From NCBI RefSeq assembly GCF_013365495.1, contig NZ_CP046580.1, forward strand, positions 240,001 to 272,000: a stretch of DNA of 32,000 nucleotides. Reading direction: 5' to 3'. The notes beneath the pieces were generated by a model. The model had not been told where the DNA came from. It worked only from the letters and a program-made list of their open reading frames with translations, and did no database searches. This stretch comes from Candidatus Saccharimonadota bacterium (GTDB taxonomy: Bacteria; Pseudomonadota; Alphaproteobacteria; Rickettsiales; Anaplasmataceae). Shown piece by piece: positions 28,635 to 32,000 of this stretch; positions within the stretch are counted from its first letter, which is position 1; each line of letters opens with the position of its first letter. The position numbers were made by a program, and so were the translations under genes.

Positions 28635-29348
28635 ATGTTTTTGTTTAAGTCTATAAGTTTCTCTTGTTTTTTAAAGAAAGTTTTACCTTGGTTTGAGGTT
28701 ATATGTTTTGTATGTTTTTTAATTGGAGTATTCTTGGCTTTAGTCTTTTCTCCAGAAGATTATAAACAAGGAGAGATTGTACGAATTATGTATCTTCACG
28801 TGCCTTCTGCATGGCTTTCTTTAGGAATATATGGGCTTATTACATTGCTCAGTTTTATCTTTTTGGTATGGAATAATAATAGTATTGTCAGCGTCTTGGC
28901 GCATGCCGCCGCTCCTGTAGGAATGATATTTTCTGCAATATGTTTAATTACAGGTAGTATTTGGGGAAAAGGTACTTGGGGTGCTTGGTGGGTGTGGGAT
29001 GCAAGACTTACTTCAATGTTAGTTTTGTTTTTTTTATATATTGGTTACCTTTCATTATGGAGTATTATTGATAACGATGAAAGAGCTAAAAAATCAGCAG
29101 CAGTGTTTGCTATCTTTAGTGCTGTAAATATTCCTATAGTGAAATTTTCTGTGAATTTGTGGACTACTTTGCATCAATCAACAAGCATTTTTAGAAGTGG
29201 TGGGATAGCAATAGAGCGTTCATTGCTGTTACCGTTAATTGCTATGTTTATGTTTTATACAACATTTTTTTTAGTTGTGTGGATGTTGTATTCGCTTTAT
29301 TTAATTAATTTATGTGAAATAAAGAAAGAAATTAATTTACAGTACTAA
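28635..29348 (+). CDS. ccmC: Cytochrome c maturation heme exporter protein CcmC
   Basis: The WWD motif WGKGTWGAWWVWDARLTS is present, as are the flanking conserved His residues in YLHVPSAW and TLHQS. The protein has six predicted hydrophobic helices. Confidence 0.92.
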   Translation: MFLFKSISFSCFLKKVLPWFEVICFVCFLIGVFLALVFSPEDYKQGEIVRIMYLHVPSAWLSLGIYGLITLLSFIFLVWNNNSIVSVLAHAAAPVGMIFSAICLITGSIWGKGTWGAWWVWDARLTSMLVLFFLYIGYLSLWSIIDNDERAKKSAAVFAIFSAVNIPIVKFSVNLWTTLHQSTSIFRSGGIAIERSLLLPLIAMFMFYTTFFLVVWMLYSLYLINLCEIKKEINLQY

Positions 29349-30522
29349 AAACTTTTAATGATCATGCATGTAGAAAATGTATTAAAGTAGTAAATGCTTT
29401 TGATTGTTTTTAAATACTATGTGTTTGAATGTAAGCTAAAATACACTAACTCTACGGAATTTAAGGTATGAGTGTGATTTTAATGTTAAGTTTTTTATAA
29501 TTGTATATAGGAAAAGTTTAGGTATTAAAAAAGTATAGGTTAAATTCTTAAGAAGTTGATTATTGCTGATTGCTGAGAAATATTAGTAGAAGTTACTGTG
29601 ATATTTTTATAATTTTGAACAGGGAATGTAGTATGTATACTATTTAGCTAATAATTTTGAAGGAAATAATAGCTAATTTGTTAGATTATGGAGAAATCTG
29701 TAATTCAAATTAATTGAATTATCTTAATAATAGAATTTTTAAGGTAAGTAGTATTACTTGTATATGTATAGAGGTTTAGAAAAATTCATGCTGCTCTTAA
29801 ATGATAAAAAATTGTTGGGATATGTATGAGAGATGTTTTTATTTATGGTTGTTTTTTTAATTTTATGTTGCATAGCTAAAATTTTTAGTTTGTAAGTTGA
29901 GTAAAGTTAAGGATACTGGAAAATTATGAGTAGCTAGGGTTTACTTAGAAAATAGTATTGTAATATATTTTTTAATAGCGGAAAAATTTAATATAAATTA
30001 TCTTAGACATTTAAGTTAGTAAGGAGGGAATAATATAGACAATATTTTGTTTTATATTGGTAATCATTTTATGTTTTTTATAAAATTTTAATTAAGTTAT
30101 TTTTTTAAATAGGTCATAAACTTCCAGAAAGAAATTGTATATTAAAATTTGTATGATTGATAGTTAATTTTTTTAATGTTGATAAATATATACATATTTA
30201 TATGAAATAAACAATAAACTTCACTTTCAAGTGATATGAAGATTTACTTTCCTTGCATTATTATTTTAGAAAATTATTGTACGTTTCTAATATAGTAATA
30301 TCTAAACCAGTGTGTGTAGGTTTGTATTAATGATTAATCTCTACTTGCTAAGTTTAGATATGACTTTAAAGTTTATCTTTACTCTGTTTATTTCTTAATT
30401 TAAAGGAGATTTTTATTAAAATTTTTAGTTGAAATTATCGGGTTGGTGAAGTTGTGTATAAATATTTTTTAATTTTTCATTAATTACTGAAGATAAAGTA
30501 GTTGTTTTGATAAAACTTCTTT

Positions 30523-30550
30523 AAATATTAGACTAAATATTAGACTAAAT
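30523..30550. repeat. 12-bp tandem repeat aaatattagact, about 2.3 copies
   Basis: Read directly: copies at 30523-30534 and 30535-30546, then a partial aaat. Confidence 0.9.
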
Positions 30551-31188
30551 TTAAGATTTTAATTTTGAGTATTGGTTTTAAAATATATAAATAGCTATGA
30601 ATTTGTAAATGAGTTATAAAAATTACAATAAATCCTTTATTTTATTTTGGTTTGGATAAAATTTTTAAAGATAGATTTAAAGAATATGTTTATATTAATT
30701 ATTTTAATATTAAAGCATTTGAAGATGTGGATAAGCTGTAGCTATAAAATGAAACAGTATTTATACATTACTTATGATAAAATGAGTTATATTCTTTACA
30801 TAAACTTGATTTTAAGTTTTATTTTCTGTTTGAAGATAGATAAATTATTTTTGTTATAGATTATTTTGAATAGTGAAAGATAATTTTATAGGGTTGTAAA
30901 GATTTATAAATTGATAGTTTTTGATGATTTAAATTTTAATGTTTTTATTTTGTATTTATGTATTTTATCGAGTAAGTTATAGTATTTGTGATATAGATAA
31001 TTAGTTAAAAGTATGTAAGTTTTAAATAAATTTGCATAGTAAAGTGTTTTTTTTTAATTAAAGTGTGTTTAGGATATTGCATTTTGTTTTTGTTTCAGCT
31101 ATAAGGTTGCTTTAAGTTGAGTTTACACTTTAAAAAATATATTATTTTATATTTGAGTAATGATTTTGAATTTTTTTGGGGGCACTTC

Positions 31189-32000
31189 ATGAAAAAATCT
31201 ACCTGTGTTAGGGCTATTTTAGCTTTTTTATTTACTTTATGTTTTAGCAGTTTTGCTGATAATTTTTCTAATGAAAATATGGAGGAAGTGAAAAAGCAAG
31301 AGGTAATAACAACTTCTGGAAGAATGGAAGTTATGAAAACATTAAACAAAAAACTAAAGGAGAAAATGGATAGAATATGTAATGTCCATTTGATAGAAGA
31401 AGGTGATGGGCTTAAGAAAAAAGAGGAGTTAAAGCTAGCGGCTAAGGAAGGGAAAGAAGAGGGAAAATTAGTAGATGAGAAAAAAACAGAAGCTTTAATC
31501 GTTAATGGTTCTAGTTTAGAGAGTTTTAAGGTTAATAATGATGATACTAAAGTTGAAGTTATAAAAGATAAAGATAATGTAAAAGTTATGAATCAGCATA
31601 TAGGAGAAGAAGATAAAACGAGTCTTATTGTTTCAGATGGAGATGTTGATGTTATTGATACTAATCAAGGAAAAGGTAGTTTAAAAATAATTTTTGGTGG
31701 AGTTGTCGATGCTCAAGGTTATGCTAAAATAGGACCAAGTGGTAAAGATTATAAATGTTATAATAGCATGATAGGTTGTTATATTAATTCTGATAATCAA
31801 GTAACAAGTTTAGGTCAAGTATTCAAGCAGATAGAAAGTGTTGGTAATTATAGCAATAATACGGGTATGATTACAGATGCAATGTTGCATTTAAAAGTAG
31901 AAAATAAAAATGAGGATTTAGGATTTTTGTATGGTGCGGATGTGCAACTTCAGGTTCCGGTTACTGAGGGTAAAGGAGCTTCACAGGGTATAAATGTGAT
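31189..32000 (+). CDS. Secreted or outer-membrane protein with a cleavable signal peptide, 3' end outside the window; family not recognised (possibly porin-like beta-barrel after a charged N-terminal region); absent from the ORF track
   Basis: Manual translation from ATG 31189 stays open to the window end, 270 codons. It begins MKKSTCVRAILAFLFTLCFSSFA|DNFSNENMEEVKK, a classic n-h-c signal with an SFA cleavage-type site. A K/E/D-rich region of about 140 aa follows, then segments with alternating hydrophobic residues (SLKIIFGGVVDAQGYAKIG, AMLHLKVEN, LGFLYGADVQLQV). G5 at 31178-31182 lies 6 nt upstream of the ATG and is a plausible RBS. The minus-strand track ORF 31095..31349 overlaps the start and is judged spurious. 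Confidence 0.7.
   Translation, partial: MKKSTCVRAILAFLFTLCFSSFADNFSNENMEEVKKQEVITTSGRMEVMKTLNKKLKEKMDRICNVHLIEEGDGLKKKEELKLAAKEGKEEGKLVDEKKTEALIVNGSSLESFKVNNDDTKVEVIKDKDNVKVMNQHIGEEDKTSLIVSDGDVDVIDTNQGKGSLKIIFGGVVDAQGYAKIGPSGKDYKCYNSMIGCYINSDNQVTSLGQVFKQIESVGNYSNNTGMITDAMLHLKVENKNEDLGFLYGADVQLQVPVTEGKGASQGINV

Noticed and set aside
30647-30859. A 70-aa TTG-initiated ORF in the ccmC-downstream spacer, and the 84-aa minus-strand ORF at 31095..31349.
   Set aside because: The sequences are low-complexity and AT-driven. The second overlaps the 5' end of the much better supported plus-strand signal-peptide gene.
1-32000. CRISPR arrays, IS elements, long-period tandem repeats and defence or toxin-antitoxin modules.
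   Set aside because: Scanning by eye found only short-period repeats (7-21 bp, 2-3 copies). I saw no regularly spaced repeats, terminal inverted repeats or transposase-like ORFs. Every ORF of 60 aa or more outside conserved housekeeping genes looks spurious, except 1075..1803. A computational repeat finder could still reveal diverged long-period repeats that I cannot see manually.

Overview
This is a strongly AT-rich, gene-sparse stretch of a reduced alphaproteobacterial chromosome that looks like Rickettsiales/Anaplasmataceae. The protein set is a PrtD-type T1SS ATPase, SSB, DapA, HemB, IscS, AcnA, NusA-IF2-RbfA, UbiA, PpiD-like, DUF1013, Rho, PepA, an alphaproteobacterial-type L36, a PPDK/PEP-synthase regulatory protein and CcmC. 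Together with kilobase-scale ORF-free spacers and short perfect tandem repeats, this best fits Ehrlichia, most like what is described for E. ruminantium. That assignment is inference and was not verified by any search. I can support 20 protein genes, two of them truncated by the window edges, plus one tRNA-Arg(CCG). Two genes are absent from the supplied ORF track: rpmJ (27448..27576, minus strand) and a signal-peptide protein that runs off the 3' end (31189..32000). Genes and the tRNA cover about 21.4 kb, roughly two thirds of the window by my own coordinate sum. The rest is noncoding spacer, including four ORF-free blocks of 1.3-1.9 kb. I see no CRISPR array, IS/transposase, integrase, prophage, toxin-antitoxin or recognisable defence genes, and I cannot honestly point to a novel multi-gene system. 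The items most worth a second look are these. (1) An orphan membrane-anchored Ser/Thr/Pro-rich protein with a polyproline block, a basic coiled-coil tail and an internal perfect 21-bp repeat, lying convergent to the T1SS ATPase. (2) The long spacers themselves, which show extreme G over C asymmetry on the + strand and one local reversal. (3) A truncated, signal-peptide-bearing intradiol-dioxygenase-like protein that seems to lack part of the canonical iron site. (4) The unannotated secreted or outer-membrane protein at the 3' edge, preceded by a 1.8-kb spacer and a T7G5 tract. (5) Unusual context for the nusA-infB-rbfA operon: no rimP upstream, and ubiA fused 3 nt downstream.
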